Both the position numbers and the translations under genes were made by a program. Below are positions 49,833-59,880 of a DNA stretch of 64,000 nt, piece after piece; position 1 is the stretch's first letter; every line of letters starts with the position of its first letter. Below the pieces are notes generated by a model. The model was not told the DNA's origin. It did no database searches and was given only the letters and a program-made list of their open reading frames with translations. The DNA is taken from positions 71,743-135,742 of the forward strand of contig CADAAR010000002.1 in assembly GCA_902785945.1 (NCBI GenBank), read 5' to 3'. The stretch is from an uncultured Prevotellaceae bacterium (lineage in GTDB: Bacteria > Bacteroidota > Bacteroidia > Bacteroidales > Bacteroidaceae).

Positions 49833-51236
49833 CTAAAATATTTTAGAGAGTTCAAAATGTAATCGTTTTCCTGTGACAGGATGGTCGAAGGCAATGGCCT
49901 GCGCCTGGAGATAAAGGCGATCGGCCTTCTTTCCATACAACTCATCCCCAACAATCGGACACCCCAGTCCCTCCGGATGCGCACAGTGCACCCTCAACTG
50001 ATGCGTCCGTCCGGTATGCGGCCATAACGCCACCAATGTGTAACAGGGGGACGGTTCTTTTGTTACATCGCCGGTGTAACAAAAGAACCGTCCCCCTGTT
50101 ACACTCGTCAACGTCCGATATTCTGTGATGGCTCGTTTTCCGTGCACTAAGTCTACTATCTGCAGCGGCCGGTTCAACGGATCACTGCTCAGCGGCAGGT
50201 CTATAACGCCATGCTCTTTCTGAGGTACGCCCTCCACCACAGCAAGGTACTTCTTCTTCACAGTCCGCGCCTCAAACTGCGCCTGCAACTGATGATAGGC
50301 CTCCATCGTTTTAGCCACAAGGATAATGCCCGATGTCCACATATCCAAACGGTGAACGAGCATCGCACCCGGCCATTTCTGCTGTGCCCACGTGACGACG
50401 GAATAGTCTTCAATCCGCCCTGGGGTACTCAAAAGACCAGCGGGCTTGTTAAGCACAGCCATGCTATCGTCTTCGTAGACCACCGCTGGTACAAGATGAG
50501 GGAAGCCTACCTCCTCAGGATTAGGGTCGACATCCAACCCCTGTAACATCCATGCCAACACAGGCTTACACTTTCCACTACAGGCGGGATAGAACTGTCC
50601 ATGATGACGGATCAGGCTCTTCGGACTCTCTCCCCACCAGAACTCGGCCATACAAACAGGCTTCAAGTCATGCTGATAAGCATACTGCAACAGCTTCGGG
50701 GCGCAACAGTCACCCGTACCTCCCGGTGGTAAAGGATATTTCTCACGGATACGAGGCGCACTATGATAGTCCTGCCAAATCTCCACCAAGTCCTTCGTTT
50801 CGCCTTTGGCATTCAGCAACCGATACTGATGAAAGAGCCATAGCTGCAGGTCCTGAGACATTTTTCTTGATTCTTCGTTAATAAGCTCTGAGATCTCCCG
50901 TTCCTTGGTCTTGAAATAGCCATCCGGCTGCTGGGCATCATACACCGGTGGTACGAAATAGTCCCAGTCATTCCTGCCCTCCAACAAACCCGAATACGCC
51001 GCCAGGAATGACACAGGGGAACGGTTCTTTTGTGATATTGTCGATGTCACAAAAGAACCGTTCCCCTGTGTCACAACCAACACCCCAAACATCTTTCCCT
51101 CCTTGGGTCCGATCCTCTCAATTTCCTTCTTCACCTCCTCCACGGCCATCAGACACAACGGATGGGGCTCATAGCAGAACGGATACGTAAACCGCTCCGG
51201 CTTCGGGATATCAGATGACAACGGATGAATCCTCAC
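49833..51236 (-). CDS. RluA-family pseudouridine synthase with Bacteroidota N-terminal extension
   Basis: NKPAGL, VHRLDMWTSG, TGRTHQLRVH, GDELYG. Confidence 0.9.
   Translation of the reverse strand: MRIHPLSSDIPKPERFTYPFCYEPHPLCLMAVEEVKKEIERIGPKEGKMFGVLVVTQGNGSFVTSTISQKNRSPVSFLAAYSGLLEGRNDWDYFVPPVYDAQQPDGYFKTKEREISELINEESRKMSQDLQLWLFHQYRLLNAKGETKDLVEIWQDYHSAPRIREKYPLPPGGTGDCCAPKLLQYAYQHDLKPVCMAEFWWGESPKSLIRHHGQFYPACSGKCKPVLAWMLQGLDVDPNPEEVGFPHLVPAVVYEDDSMAVLNKPAGLLSTPGRIEDYSVVTWAQQKWPGAMLVHRLDMWTSGIILVAKTMEAYHQLQAQFEARTVKKKYLAVVEGVPQKEHGVIDLPLSSDPLNRPLQIVDLVHGKRAITEYRTLTSVTGGRFFCYTGDVTKEPSPCYTLVALWPHTGRTHQLRVHCAHPEGLGCPIVGDELYGKKADRLYLQAQAIAFDHPVTGKRLHFELSKIF
50038..50104. repeat. REPIN-like inverted repeat (30-bp perfect arms) in frame in the rluA gene
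   Basis: gtgtaacagggggacggttcttttgttaca, 7-bp spacer, exact reverse complement. Confidence 0.9.
51009..51073. repeat. REPIN-like inverted repeat (27-bp perfect arms) in frame in the rluA gene
   Basis: tgacacaggggaacggttcttttgtga, 11-bp spacer, exact reverse complement. Confidence 0.9.
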
Positions 51237-51263
51237 TATTCACTATTCACTTTTCACTATTCA

Positions 51264-52076
51264 CTACAACAGGTCCAGGCACTTCTCCACAGGAATACCC
51301 CTGTTCTTATCCTCCGTATCACGATAACGGTCAATCATACGGAACACAGTGTCCATCGCCGTACGGGTAGAGACCTTCAACGACTCCCCATTCAACAGAT
51401 GACCGATCAACACCGCCGAGAAGATATCTCCCGTACCATGAAACAGTCCCGGTATCTCGTGATACTCCAGATGGAAATAGCTATCGTCGAAATGGTTATA
51501 GGCCGCCACGGCATTCTGTCCGTCGATCTTACAGCTTGTGATAATCACCGACTGACAACCTATCCCGCGCAGCTTGTCGAGCAATGTCTTCGTCTCCTCC
51601 CACGTGATACCCTCCATATGAATCGGCGTATCCGTCAGATAACAGGCCTCGGTATAGTTCGGGAAGGTCAGATGGGCCACCGACACCATCTCACGCATCA
51701 GCTCCACCTGGCGATGGGTAACACCATTATACAACCGACCGCCATCACCGAGGATCGGGTCTACAAAAACAATCGTTCCCTGAGCACTCTGTTCCTTGCA
51801 ATAGCCAGCCACCAACTTGGCCTGTTCATCGCTGAACATCAGTCCCGTACAGATGGCATCAAACGAGAAACCGAGCTCTTTCCACACGGGCAGGGTTCCA
51901 CGGATATACTCGGTGGTATCCTGGATATTGAATTTCCCGTAGTCTAGTGTGTTGGACACGAGCGCCGTGGGCAGACTATAAGTAGGCACACCCAGATATG
52001 ACAGGATAGGCAGCATTGCCACCATGCCTACCTTACTATACCCCACAACGTCGTTAATCAATAATATCTGTTTCAT
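51264..52076 (-). CDS. pdxK: Pyridoxal/pyridoxamine kinase
   Basis: LPTALVS, FDAICTG, VDPILGD, PNYTEA, HGTGDIF. Confidence 0.85.
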   Translation of the reverse strand: MKQILLINDVVGYSKVGMVAMLPILSYLGVPTYSLPTALVSNTLDYGKFNIQDTTEYIRGTLPVWKELGFSFDAICTGLMFSDEQAKLVAGYCKEQSAQGTIVFVDPILGDGGRLYNGVTHRQVELMREMVSVAHLTFPNYTEACYLTDTPIHMEGITWEETKTLLDKLRGIGCQSVIITSCKIDGQNAVAAYNHFDDSYFHLEYHEIPGLFHGTGDIFSAVLIGHLLNGESLKVSTRTAMDTVFRMIDRYRDTEDKNRGIPVEKCLDLL

Positions 52077-52093
52077 TTCTTTCTATTTGGGTG

Positions 52094-52122
52094 CAAAGAT
52101 ACAAAATAATTTCGTAACTTTG
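52094..52122. promoter_or_regulatory. Back-to-back -7 promoter elements
   Basis: TATCTTTG (minus, 52101-52094) and TAACTTTG (plus, 52115-52122). Confidence 0.6.
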
Positions 52123-52133
52123 CATCCGAAACG

Positions 52134-54095
52134 ATGGGAAATCAACAATCATCGCCAATATTGGCACTCCAGCAACAGCGCCTGCTCCTCCAGATGGAAT
52201 ACGCCGCTGAGAAAGAAACCTACCGCAAACAGACCGAGTCGATGGGTCTGCAGCGGCAGATCAAACGCGGCGATGCCTGGTTCCCCCTCAAACTGGGCAA
52301 GACCTACTACAACTCCCTCAACCAACTCGTCATCGAGCTCTTCCGCCAACCCGACGATAACGACATCGAGCATAACTTCGAGTTCGGCCGTCCCGTGACC
52401 TTTTTTACGAGTCTGACTACTCAGAGTAATCGGAATAATCAGAGTACTCCGATAAAATACTTCCCCTTCACGGCCTCTGTAAGCTACGTCGATGGCGATC
52501 GCATGGTTGTCGCCCTCCCCGATAACGCCCCCCTCGTCGACCTCCAGACCGCCGAAAACCTTGGCATCCAGCTCTTCTTCGACGAGACCTCCTACCGCAC
52601 AATGTTCGAGGCCCTCGACCGCGTCATCAAATCAAAAGGTCGCTTGGGCTACCTCCGCGACCTCTTCTATACCCCCGCCATGAAGACCGAGTCGTTCACC
52701 TTTGCCCCCTTGCACTTCCCTTATCTGAACCGCACGCAGGAAGATGCTGTCAATAAGGTGTTAAGAGCCAAGGACGTGGCGATCGTTCACGGTCCTCCAG
52801 GCACCGGCAAGACCACCACCCTCGTCGAGGCCATTTACGAGACCCTCCGTCGCGAGAACCAGGTATTGGTCTGTGCCCAGAGTAACATGGCCGTCGACTG
52901 GATCTCGGAAAAACTTGTTGACCGTGGTATCAACGTCTTGCGCATCGGCAACCCCACCCGCGTCAACGACAAGATGCTCTCCTTCACCTATGAGCGTCGC
53001 TTCGAGGCCCACCCCGACTACACCCTCTTGTGGAGCATCCGCAAGGCCATCCGCGACCTCCGGAGTCACCGTAAACGGGGAGATGAGCGGTTCCACCAGA
53101 AATTGGAACGCCTCAAGGAACGCGCCACAGAACTGGAGGTCCGCATCAATACCCAACTCTTCGGCGAGGCCCGTGTCATCGCCTGTACCCTCGTGGGCTC
53201 GGCCAACCGTCTGCTCGAAGGTCAGAAATTCGGCACGCTCTTCATCGACGAGGCGGCACAGGCACTTGAGGCCGCCTGCTGGATTCCCATCCGACGGGTG
53301 TCGCGCGTCATCTTCGCCGGTGACCATTGCCAGCTGCCGCCTACCATCAAGAGTTTCGCAGCCCTGAAGGCGGGTCTTGGCAAAACACTCATGGAACGCA
53401 TCGTGGAAAACCACCCCGAAACGGTCACCCTCCTCAAGATGCAATACCGCATGAACGAGGAGATCATGCGTTTTTCTTCCGACTGGTTCTATGGCAACCA
53501 GGTCGAATCGGCCCCCGAAGTGAAATATCGCTCCATCCTCGACCTCGACATCCCCATGACCTGGATAGACACCTCAGAGTTTATGAACGAAGAGTTGAAA
53601 ACTCAGAGTAATCATGACTCTTCACTCTTCACTCTTCACTCTTCACTTTTCAAAGAGGAATTCGTCGGCGAGTCCTTCGGCCGCATCAACAAAGCCGAAG
53701 CCGAACTCACCCTCCTCGCCCTCGAACAGTATTTTAAGAAGATCGGCAAAGCCCGCATCCTCGACGAACGCCTCGACGTGGGTGTCATCTCCCCTTACCG
53801 CGCCCAGGTGCAATACCTCCGCCGACTCTTCAAGAAACGAGAGTTCTTCAAACCTTACCGCCACCTCATCAGCGTTAACACCGTCGACGGCTTCCAGGGC
53901 CAGGAACGCGACATCATCCTCATCTCCCTCGTCCGCGCCAACGACGAAGGACAGATTGGTTTCCTGCGCGACCTCCGCCGCATGAACGTGGCCATCACAC
54001 GCGCCCGTATGAAACTCATCATCCTCGGCGATGCATCCACCATGACACGCCATCCTTTCTACAAAAAACTCTACGAATACATCGACGCACTCTGA
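52134..54095 (+). CDS. SF1 helicase, Upf1/DNA2/IGHMBP2-like
   Basis: HGPPGTGKT, IDEAAQ, GDHCQLPP, QYRM, TVDGFQGQE, RMNVAITRAR. Confidence 0.92.
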   Translation: MGNQQSSPILALQQQRLLLQMEYAAEKETYRKQTESMGLQRQIKRGDAWFPLKLGKTYYNSLNQLVIELFRQPDDNDIEHNFEFGRPVTFFTSLTTQSNRNNQSTPIKYFPFTASVSYVDGDRMVVALPDNAPLVDLQTAENLGIQLFFDETSYRTMFEALDRVIKSKGRLGYLRDLFYTPAMKTESFTFAPLHFPYLNRTQEDAVNKVLRAKDVAIVHGPPGTGKTTTLVEAIYETLRRENQVLVCAQSNMAVDWISEKLVDRGINVLRIGNPTRVNDKMLSFTYERRFEAHPDYTLLWSIRKAIRDLRSHRKRGDERFHQKLERLKERATELEVRINTQLFGEARVIACTLVGSANRLLEGQKFGTLFIDEAAQALEAACWIPIRRVSRVIFAGDHCQLPPTIKSFAALKAGLGKTLMERIVENHPETVTLLKMQYRMNEEIMRFSSDWFYGNQVESAPEVKYRSILDLDIPMTWIDTSEFMNEELKTQSNHDSSLFTLHSSLFKEEFVGESFGRINKAEAELTLLALEQYFKKIGKARILDERLDVGVISPYRAQVQYLRRLFKKREFFKPYRHLISVNTVDGFQGQERDIILISLVRANDEGQIGFLRDLRRMNVAITRARMKLIILGDASTMTRHPFYKKLYEYIDAL

Positions 54096-54169
54096 ATAAA
54101 ATGCGCAGTGCACTCGGAAAAACTCAAAAAAATTTGGATTTTCTCTCGTTTATTCGTAACTTTGCACCA

Positions 54170-55309
54170 ATGATTAAAATCAAACGCGTTGAAACGAAAC
54201 GGGAACTGAAACAGTTCATCCAGTTTTACTACGACCTCTATCGCCATAACGATTGTGCCGTACCTTTCCTTTATTCCGACGAGATGGCAACGCTCCGTCG
54301 GGATAAAAACCCCTCGTTCGAATGCTGTGAGGCAGAGTATTTCATGGCCTTCAAAGACGGACAGATGGTAGGACGCGTGGCGGCTATCATCAACCGCCGG
54401 GCCAATGAGCGATGGAACCGCAAGGCCGTCCGCTTCGGATGGTTCGACTTCATCGACGACCCCGAGGTGTCTGCCACCCTGCTGAAAGCGGTCGAAGACT
54501 GGGGAAAGGCCAAAGGCATGAACGAGATAGCCGGACCGCTGGGCTTCATCGACACCGACCGCGAGGGCATGCTCATCGAGGGCTTCGACCAACTCTCTAC
54601 CATGTACATCAACTACAACGCCCCCTATTACTCCCAACACATGGAACAGATGGAGGGTTTCCAGAAAGACAACGACTATGTGGAGTGTAAGGTGAAAGTG
54701 CCGGAGGTCGAGCCCGAGAAGTTTGCCAAGCTGACGGAGATGGTACGCAAGCGTTACGGATTGAGGGTACACAAGTTCACGCGCCACGAACTGATCCAGG
54801 AGGGCTATGGCCAGAAGGTCTTCGACCTACTCAACGCCACCTACAAGGATCTCTACGGCTTCAGCCAACTCTCACAGAAACAGATCGACAAACTGGTCAA
54901 CGACTATATCAAGATAGCCGACCTCAACCTCGTCACCGCCATCATGGACGGCGATAAGATGGTGGGTTTCGGCATCACCTTCCCCTCGTTCTCACAGGCG
55001 TTGCAGAAGACCAACGACGGACGTTTCCTGCCCTTCGGCTGGTGGCATCTGCTGAAGATCCTGAAATGGCACAAGACCGACACCGTCGACCTGCTGCTTA
55101 TCGGCGTTCTGCCCGAGTACCGTGGCAAGGGCGCCAACGCCTTGATCTTCGACGACCTCATCCGTCAGTTCCAGGCCTATGACTTCAAATGGGCCATCAC
55201 AGGTCCACAGATGGAGTCCAACGAGGGTGTCCTCTCTCAGTGGCAGTACCTCGAATCCACCATCATCCGTCGCCACCGCTGCTACAAGAAAGAAATTATT
55301 AATTATTGA
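54170..55309 (+). CDS. GNAT-fold protein (YghO-like)
   Basis: VGRVAAIIN, RFGWFDFIDD, YNAPYY, GVLPEYRGKG; ATG 54170 follows TAACTTTG at 54157. Confidence 0.75.
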   Translation: MIKIKRVETKRELKQFIQFYYDLYRHNDCAVPFLYSDEMATLRRDKNPSFECCEAEYFMAFKDGQMVGRVAAIINRRANERWNRKAVRFGWFDFIDDPEVSATLLKAVEDWGKAKGMNEIAGPLGFIDTDREGMLIEGFDQLSTMYINYNAPYYSQHMEQMEGFQKDNDYVECKVKVPEVEPEKFAKLTEMVRKRYGLRVHKFTRHELIQEGYGQKVFDLLNATYKDLYGFSQLSQKQIDKLVNDYIKIADLNLVTAIMDGDKMVGFGITFPSFSQALQKTNDGRFLPFGWWHLLKILKWHKTDTVDLLLIGVLPEYRGKGANALIFDDLIRQFQAYDFKWAITGPQMESNEGVLSQWQYLESTIIRRHRCYKKEIINY

Positions 55310-55358
55310 TTATTATTTATTATTTATTATTTATTAGTTATTAGTTATTATTTATTAT

Positions 55359-55811
55359 ATGGATATGACTTGGGAATTTATCTTGCGCATTTTCGTGGCA
55401 GCCCTCTTGGGCGGTGCCATCGGTCTGGAGCGCGAATATAGGGCCAAGGAAGCCGGTATGCGTACCCACTTCCTCGTAGCCTTAGGCTCTGCCTTGTTTA
55501 TGATTGTCTCTGCCTACGGCTTCGAAGGGGCCATGCATACCCCCGAACACCGCTGGGACGTGTCGCGTGTGGCTGCTCAGGTGGTATCGGGCATCGGTTT
55601 CATCGGCGCAGGCACCATCATCTTCCATAAGAGCGAGAATGTGGTTCGCGGACTGACCACAGCCGCCGGTCTCTGGGTGACAGCAGCCATCGGTCTGGCG
55701 TGCGGAGGAGGCATGTACATCCTCTCGGCAGCCGCCACCTTCCTCGTCCTAGTAGGTCTAGAAGCCTTCAACTACTTCCTCAAGAAATTCGACAAGCATC
55801 GCACCACATAG
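55359..55811 (+). CDS. MgtC/SapB family membrane protein
   Basis: IGLERE, AGMRTH, RVAAQVVSGIGFIGAG, GLTTAA. Confidence 0.9.
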   Translation: MDMTWEFILRIFVAALLGGAIGLEREYRAKEAGMRTHFLVALGSALFMIVSAYGFEGAMHTPEHRWDVSRVAAQVVSGIGFIGAGTIIFHKSENVVRGLTTAAGLWVTAAIGLACGGGMYILSAAATFLVLVGLEAFNYFLKKFDKHRTT

Positions 55812-55814
55812 GTT

Positions 55815-57965
55815 ATGAAAAAAAGCATATTGTCCTTATGGGCACTGCTACTCACACTGGTAGTCAATGCCCAGATGATGAACCCTGTTCACTTCACGTC
55901 ACAGCTTAAGACCGGTAAAGGGGCAGAGGCGGAGATCATCTTCCACGCCACGATCGACCGCGGTTGGCACGTCTATTCCACCGACCTCGGCGACAACGGT
56001 CCTATCGAGGCCACCTTCAACGTCACGAAGATGGAGGGTGCGGAACTCGTTGGCAAACTCACTCCGAAGGGTAACCTCATCAAGAAAATGGACAAGATGT
56101 TCAACATGGAGGTAAAGTACTTCGAAAACGAGGCCACCTTCGTCCAGAAGATCCGCTTCACCAAACCCGATTACGACATCGACTGCTACCTCGAATACGG
56201 CACCTGCAGCGACGAAAGCTGCCTGCCCCCCTCCGAAGCCGCTTTCAAACAATCCGGCAAAAGCCCCGTTGTAGAAGGGAAGATGGATGATGGAAGAGGG
56301 AAGATGGAAGAAGGAAGAAGGAAGATGGAAGAGGAAGCGCCCCCTGCAGAGCCCATCGCGGCTGTCCCTTCCGACACCACTGCCTCTGACACTGCCGCGG
56401 TAGCAAATTCTTGCGTCCCTTCGGTAGCAAGCGGCAAAGCCGAGTCTTCACTCTTCACTCTTCACTCTTCACTCGATACCGCCCTTTGGGCCCCAATAAC
56501 TTCGGAACTCTCCACCTTCGCTTCTGCATCCGACATCGCAAGTCACTCCCTCCTCTGGCTCCTGCTCATGGGCTTCGTAGCTGGTCTGCTGGCCGTCTGC
56601 ATGCCTTGCATCTGGCCTATCATCCCCATGACCGTCAGCTTTTTCCTGAAGCGCGCCAAGGACGATAAGAAAAGAGGCATCCGCGAGGCCTTTACCTACG
56701 GCCTGTCCATCATCGTCATCTACCTGGGCCTGGGTCTGCTGGTGACTGCCCTCTTCGGCTCCGACACCCTCAACGCCATGTCGACGAATGCAGTATTCAA
56801 CATCTTCATCTTCCTGTTGCTCATCGTCTTCGCCCTCTCCTTCTTCGGCTGGTTTGAGATCCGCCTCCCCGACTCCTGGGCCACCGCCGTCGACAAAAAG
56901 AGCGAAGAGCTCTCCTCCAAAGCGGTAGCAAATTCTTCACTCTTCACTCTTCACTCTTCACTCTCCATCTTCCTGATGGCATTTACGCTAGTGTTGGTTT
57001 CCTTCTCCTGCACCGGCCCCATCATCGGCATGCTGCTCGTACAGACCACCACCTCCGGCAACTGGCTGGCACCGGCAGTCGGTATGTTTGGTTTCGCCCT
57101 GGCCCTGGCTCTGCCCTTCACCCTCTTCGCCATGTTCCCCTCATGGCTGAAGTCGGCACCGAAGTCGGGTTCATGGATGAACACGCTGAAGGTCGTGCTC
57201 GGCTTCATCGAACTGGCCTTTGCCCTGAAATTCCTCTCCGTAGCCGATCTGGCCTACGGCTGGCATATCCTCGACCGCGAAGTCTTCCTCTCCCTCTGGA
57301 TCGTCATCTTCGCCCTCCTCGGCGCCTACCTCTGTGGCTGGCTCAAGTTCCAAAGCGATGTAATCAACGGAGAATCGGAGCCCATGCCCGTCGTCTGCAT
57401 CATGGGCGGCCTCATCTCCCTGGCCTTCGCCGTCTATATGGTTCCCGGCCTGTGGGGCGCTCCCTGTAAGGCCGTCAGTGCTTTCGCACCCCCGATGAGC
57501 ACCCAGGACTTCAACCTCAACCCCACCATCGTCGAGGCCGAATACAATGACTATGATGCCGGTATGGCAGCCGCCCGCGCCCAAGGCAAACCCGTCTTCA
57601 TCGACTTCACCGGCTTCGGCTGCGTCAACTGTCGTAAGATGGAGGCCTCGGTCTGGAACGATGCCCGCGTGGCCGACATCCTGAAGAAAGACTACGTGCT
57701 GATTTCGCTCTACGTCGACGACAAGACGCCCCTGCAGGAACCGATGGTCGTTACCGATGCCCAGGGCCAACAGAAGACCCTCCGCACCGTAGGTGCCAAG
57801 TGGAGCTACCTACAGAGTCACAAGTTCGGTGCCAACGCCCAACCCTTCTACGTGGCCCTTGACCCCGCCACCGGCAAACCCCTCACCGGCAGCCGCGGTT
57901 TCAGCGAAGACATCCCCGCCTACCTCGACTTCCTGAACCAAGGTCTTTCAAACTATCGGAAATAA
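55815..57965 (+). CDS. dsbD: Thiol:disulfide interchange protein DsbD
   Basis: N-domain CSDESC, TM domain PCIWP and SCTGP, thioredoxin GCVNC. Confidence 0.9.
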   Translation: MKKSILSLWALLLTLVVNAQMMNPVHFTSQLKTGKGAEAEIIFHATIDRGWHVYSTDLGDNGPIEATFNVTKMEGAELVGKLTPKGNLIKKMDKMFNMEVKYFENEATFVQKIRFTKPDYDIDCYLEYGTCSDESCLPPSEAAFKQSGKSPVVEGKMDDGRGKMEEGRRKMEEEAPPAEPIAAVPSDTTASDTAAVANSCVPSVASGKAESSLFTLHSSLDTALWAPITSELSTFASASDIASHSLLWLLLMGFVAGLLAVCMPCIWPIIPMTVSFFLKRAKDDKKRGIREAFTYGLSIIVIYLGLGLLVTALFGSDTLNAMSTNAVFNIFIFLLLIVFALSFFGWFEIRLPDSWATAVDKKSEELSSKAVANSSLFTLHSSLSIFLMAFTLVLVSFSCTGPIIGMLLVQTTTSGNWLAPAVGMFGFALALALPFTLFAMFPSWLKSAPKSGSWMNTLKVVLGFIELAFALKFLSVADLAYGWHILDREVFLSLWIVIFALLGAYLCGWLKFQSDVINGESEPMPVVCIMGGLISLAFAVYMVPGLWGAPCKAVSAFAPPMSTQDFNLNPTIVEAEYNDYDAGMAAARAQGKPVFIDFTGFGCVNCRKMEASVWNDARVADILKKDYVLISLYVDDKTPLQEPMVVTDAQGQQKTLRTVGAKWSYLQSHKFGANAQPFYVALDPATGKPLTGSRGFSEDIPAYLDFLNQGLSNYRK

Positions 57966-58009
57966 TTATAATTGCATAAAATATTTTGTGCACAAAATTT
58001 AAAATAGTT

Positions 58010-58043
58010 AAGGTGTCCACCAGGGATGGTCGGCACCTTTTTT
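58010..58043 (+). terminator. Intrinsic terminator after dsbD
   Basis: aaggtg...cacctt stem with T tail. Confidence 0.6.
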
Positions 58044-58086
58044 GTTTTAGACAGAATAACATATTAACATATTTATCCTAATGACA

Positions 58087-58304
58087 ATGAAAAAGAATTA
58101 TGAGTCGCAGCTACAGCTGCAAAAAGTGATGTGGGAAAAAACATGAATTGTGAAGAACTCGCTCAGCTGGTAGGGATCTCACATCAGGCCATGAGCAAGT
58201 TTATTAGTGGTCAGAAAGACCCGTCACTCTGGCGATTGCATACCATTGCAGATGCACTAGGCGTGTATGTCAGCGAGCTTTTTCTGAAGGCCCGCAACCA
58301 ATAG
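58087..58304 (+). pseudogene. XRE-family HTH regulator with a frameshift in an A6 tract (or a 53-aa ORF from 58143)
   Basis: One extra A at 58136-58141 gives MKKNYESQLQLQKVMWEKNMNCEELAQLVGISHQAMSKFISGQKDPSLWRLHTIADALGVYVSELF. Confidence 0.7.
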
Positions 58305-58401
58305 GTTGCTAAATCACGCTGCGCTGCAAATTAGTGATGTGAAAACTTGCACGTGCCGGCTTCTTTCCGTAACTTTGCGGTGATAACATATCTTTTTGCC
58401 G

Positions 58402-59880
58402 ATGAAAGAATCAGAAGAGAAACCGAAAAAGAAACGCAAGAAGGCTCCGATTAAGCGAGAGCCATCAAGTTCGCTTGAAATGGCCGAGCGTGAGGAGACT
58501 CGACCGAAGGTCAAGAAAGCCACAGAGAATGATAGCGGCGAGAAGGCGCACAAGCCGAATTGGCGGGAGACGCATGCCTCGAAACAGGACATCACGGCAT
58601 TCCTCAACGACGTGATTCTGCTCAGGCATAATGTGATTACGGACAAACAGGAGTTCCGGGTGCCGGACAGTGACGAGTTCGAGTCCCTCGGCATGACGTA
58701 CCCCACGGGTAAGACACCGCTCGACGAATGGCGCGGGTGTAAGGAGTGGCAGACGGTGAACGACCGACTAGTGAACTCGCTGTGTAACATGCTGGGTATG
58801 CAGAAGGAGACGCGGGGGAGGGATATCTGGGACGTGATCGGTTCCGACTTCGTGCCGCTCTACAATCCTTTCGTCAACTACCTCCACCGCCTGCCACCGT
58901 GGGACGGGGAAAGCAATCCGATACTGGAACTGTCGATGTCGGTCACGGTGAAGGGCGATACCGAGGAACAGCTGTTGTTCTACTGCTGCCTGCGCAAGTG
59001 GCTCGTGGCGATGATAGCGGGCTGGCTCGAAGAGGGAAAGGTGAACCAGGAGATTCTCGTATTCGTGGGTCGCCAGGGTATCTTCAAGACCACCTGGTTC
59101 GGGCATTTGCTACCTCCCGAGCTGCAGCCTTACTTCCACTCGAACACCAGTTTCGGCAACATGACGAAGGATGAGGTGCTGAAGCTATCGCAGTACGGAC
59201 TGATCTGCTGCGAGGAGCTCGACACGATGAAACCCTCGGAGATGAACCGCCTGAAATGGGCGGTCACCACCACCGTGACCGACGAGCGGAAGCCTTATGC
59301 CCATAGCTCCGAGCGTCGTAAGCATATCGCCACCTACTGTGGCACGGGTAATAACATCCGTTTTATCGACGATGACACAGGTACGCGCCGCTGGCTGCCG
59401 TTCGAGGTGGAGAGCATCGAGAGTCCGCATGAGCATCCCTTCGACCATGAGGCGGTCTTCGCCCAGGCGTATGGCCTCTATCGGAGGGGCTTCCGCTACT
59501 GGTTCAACGACCGGGAGATGCAGCTGATGGCGCGCCACAACGAACGATTCGAGGTGGCGAAACCAGAACGTGAGCTGATCAGTAAGTACTACCGTCTGCC
59601 CCGTCAGGACGAAAGGGGTGAGTTTGTCAGTTCTGCGGAGATCCTGCAGACCGTCGGCGGCAACCTGATACCGCGACTGACGATGAACAAGCTGGGCCGG
59701 GCCATGACCGCCCTGGGCTTCGAAGGTGTGCGTTCGCATGGTCAGCGCGGCTATCTGGTCGTGGCGTATCAGGCTGACGACATCAAGGCGAACCGTTCGG
59801 TGCTGGCCTACGATGCCCGGCCGGAGTCGGAGGCCTCGGCAGTATCGGTTGAGGGCGTGTTTGACGAAATGACACAATAA
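58402..59880 (+). CDS. VapE/VirE-like P-loop ATPase (primase-helicase related)
   Basis: YNPFVNYL...WDG, GRQGIFKTT, CEELD, RKPY, GTGN, DDTGTRRW; promoter TAACTTTG at 58370. Confidence 0.85.
   Translation: MKESEEKPKKKRKKAPIKREPSSSLEMAEREETRPKVKKATENDSGEKAHKPNWRETHASKQDITAFLNDVILLRHNVITDKQEFRVPDSDEFESLGMTYPTGKTPLDEWRGCKEWQTVNDRLVNSLCNMLGMQKETRGRDIWDVIGSDFVPLYNPFVNYLHRLPPWDGESNPILELSMSVTVKGDTEEQLLFYCCLRKWLVAMIAGWLEEGKVNQEILVFVGRQGIFKTTWFGHLLPPELQPYFHSNTSFGNMTKDEVLKLSQYGLICCEELDTMKPSEMNRLKWAVTTTVTDERKPYAHSSERRKHIATYCGTGNNIRFIDDDTGTRRWLPFEVESIESPHEHPFDHEAVFAQAYGLYRRGFRYWFNDREMQLMARHNERFEVAKPERELISKYYRLPRQDERGEFVSSAEILQTVGGNLIPRLTMNKLGRAMTALGFEGVRSHGQRGYLVVAYQADDIKANRSVLAYDARPESEASAVSVEGVFDEMTQ
58441..58514 (+). 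repeat. Structured repeat, family A, in frame in the VapE-like N-terminus
   Basis: Aligns with the reverse complement of 34456-34532. Confidence 0.85.

Noticed and set aside
55297-55358. AT-rich TTAT repeat as an origin or regulatory element
   Set aside because: Low-complexity spacer typical of Bacteroidota translation-initiation regions; no further support.
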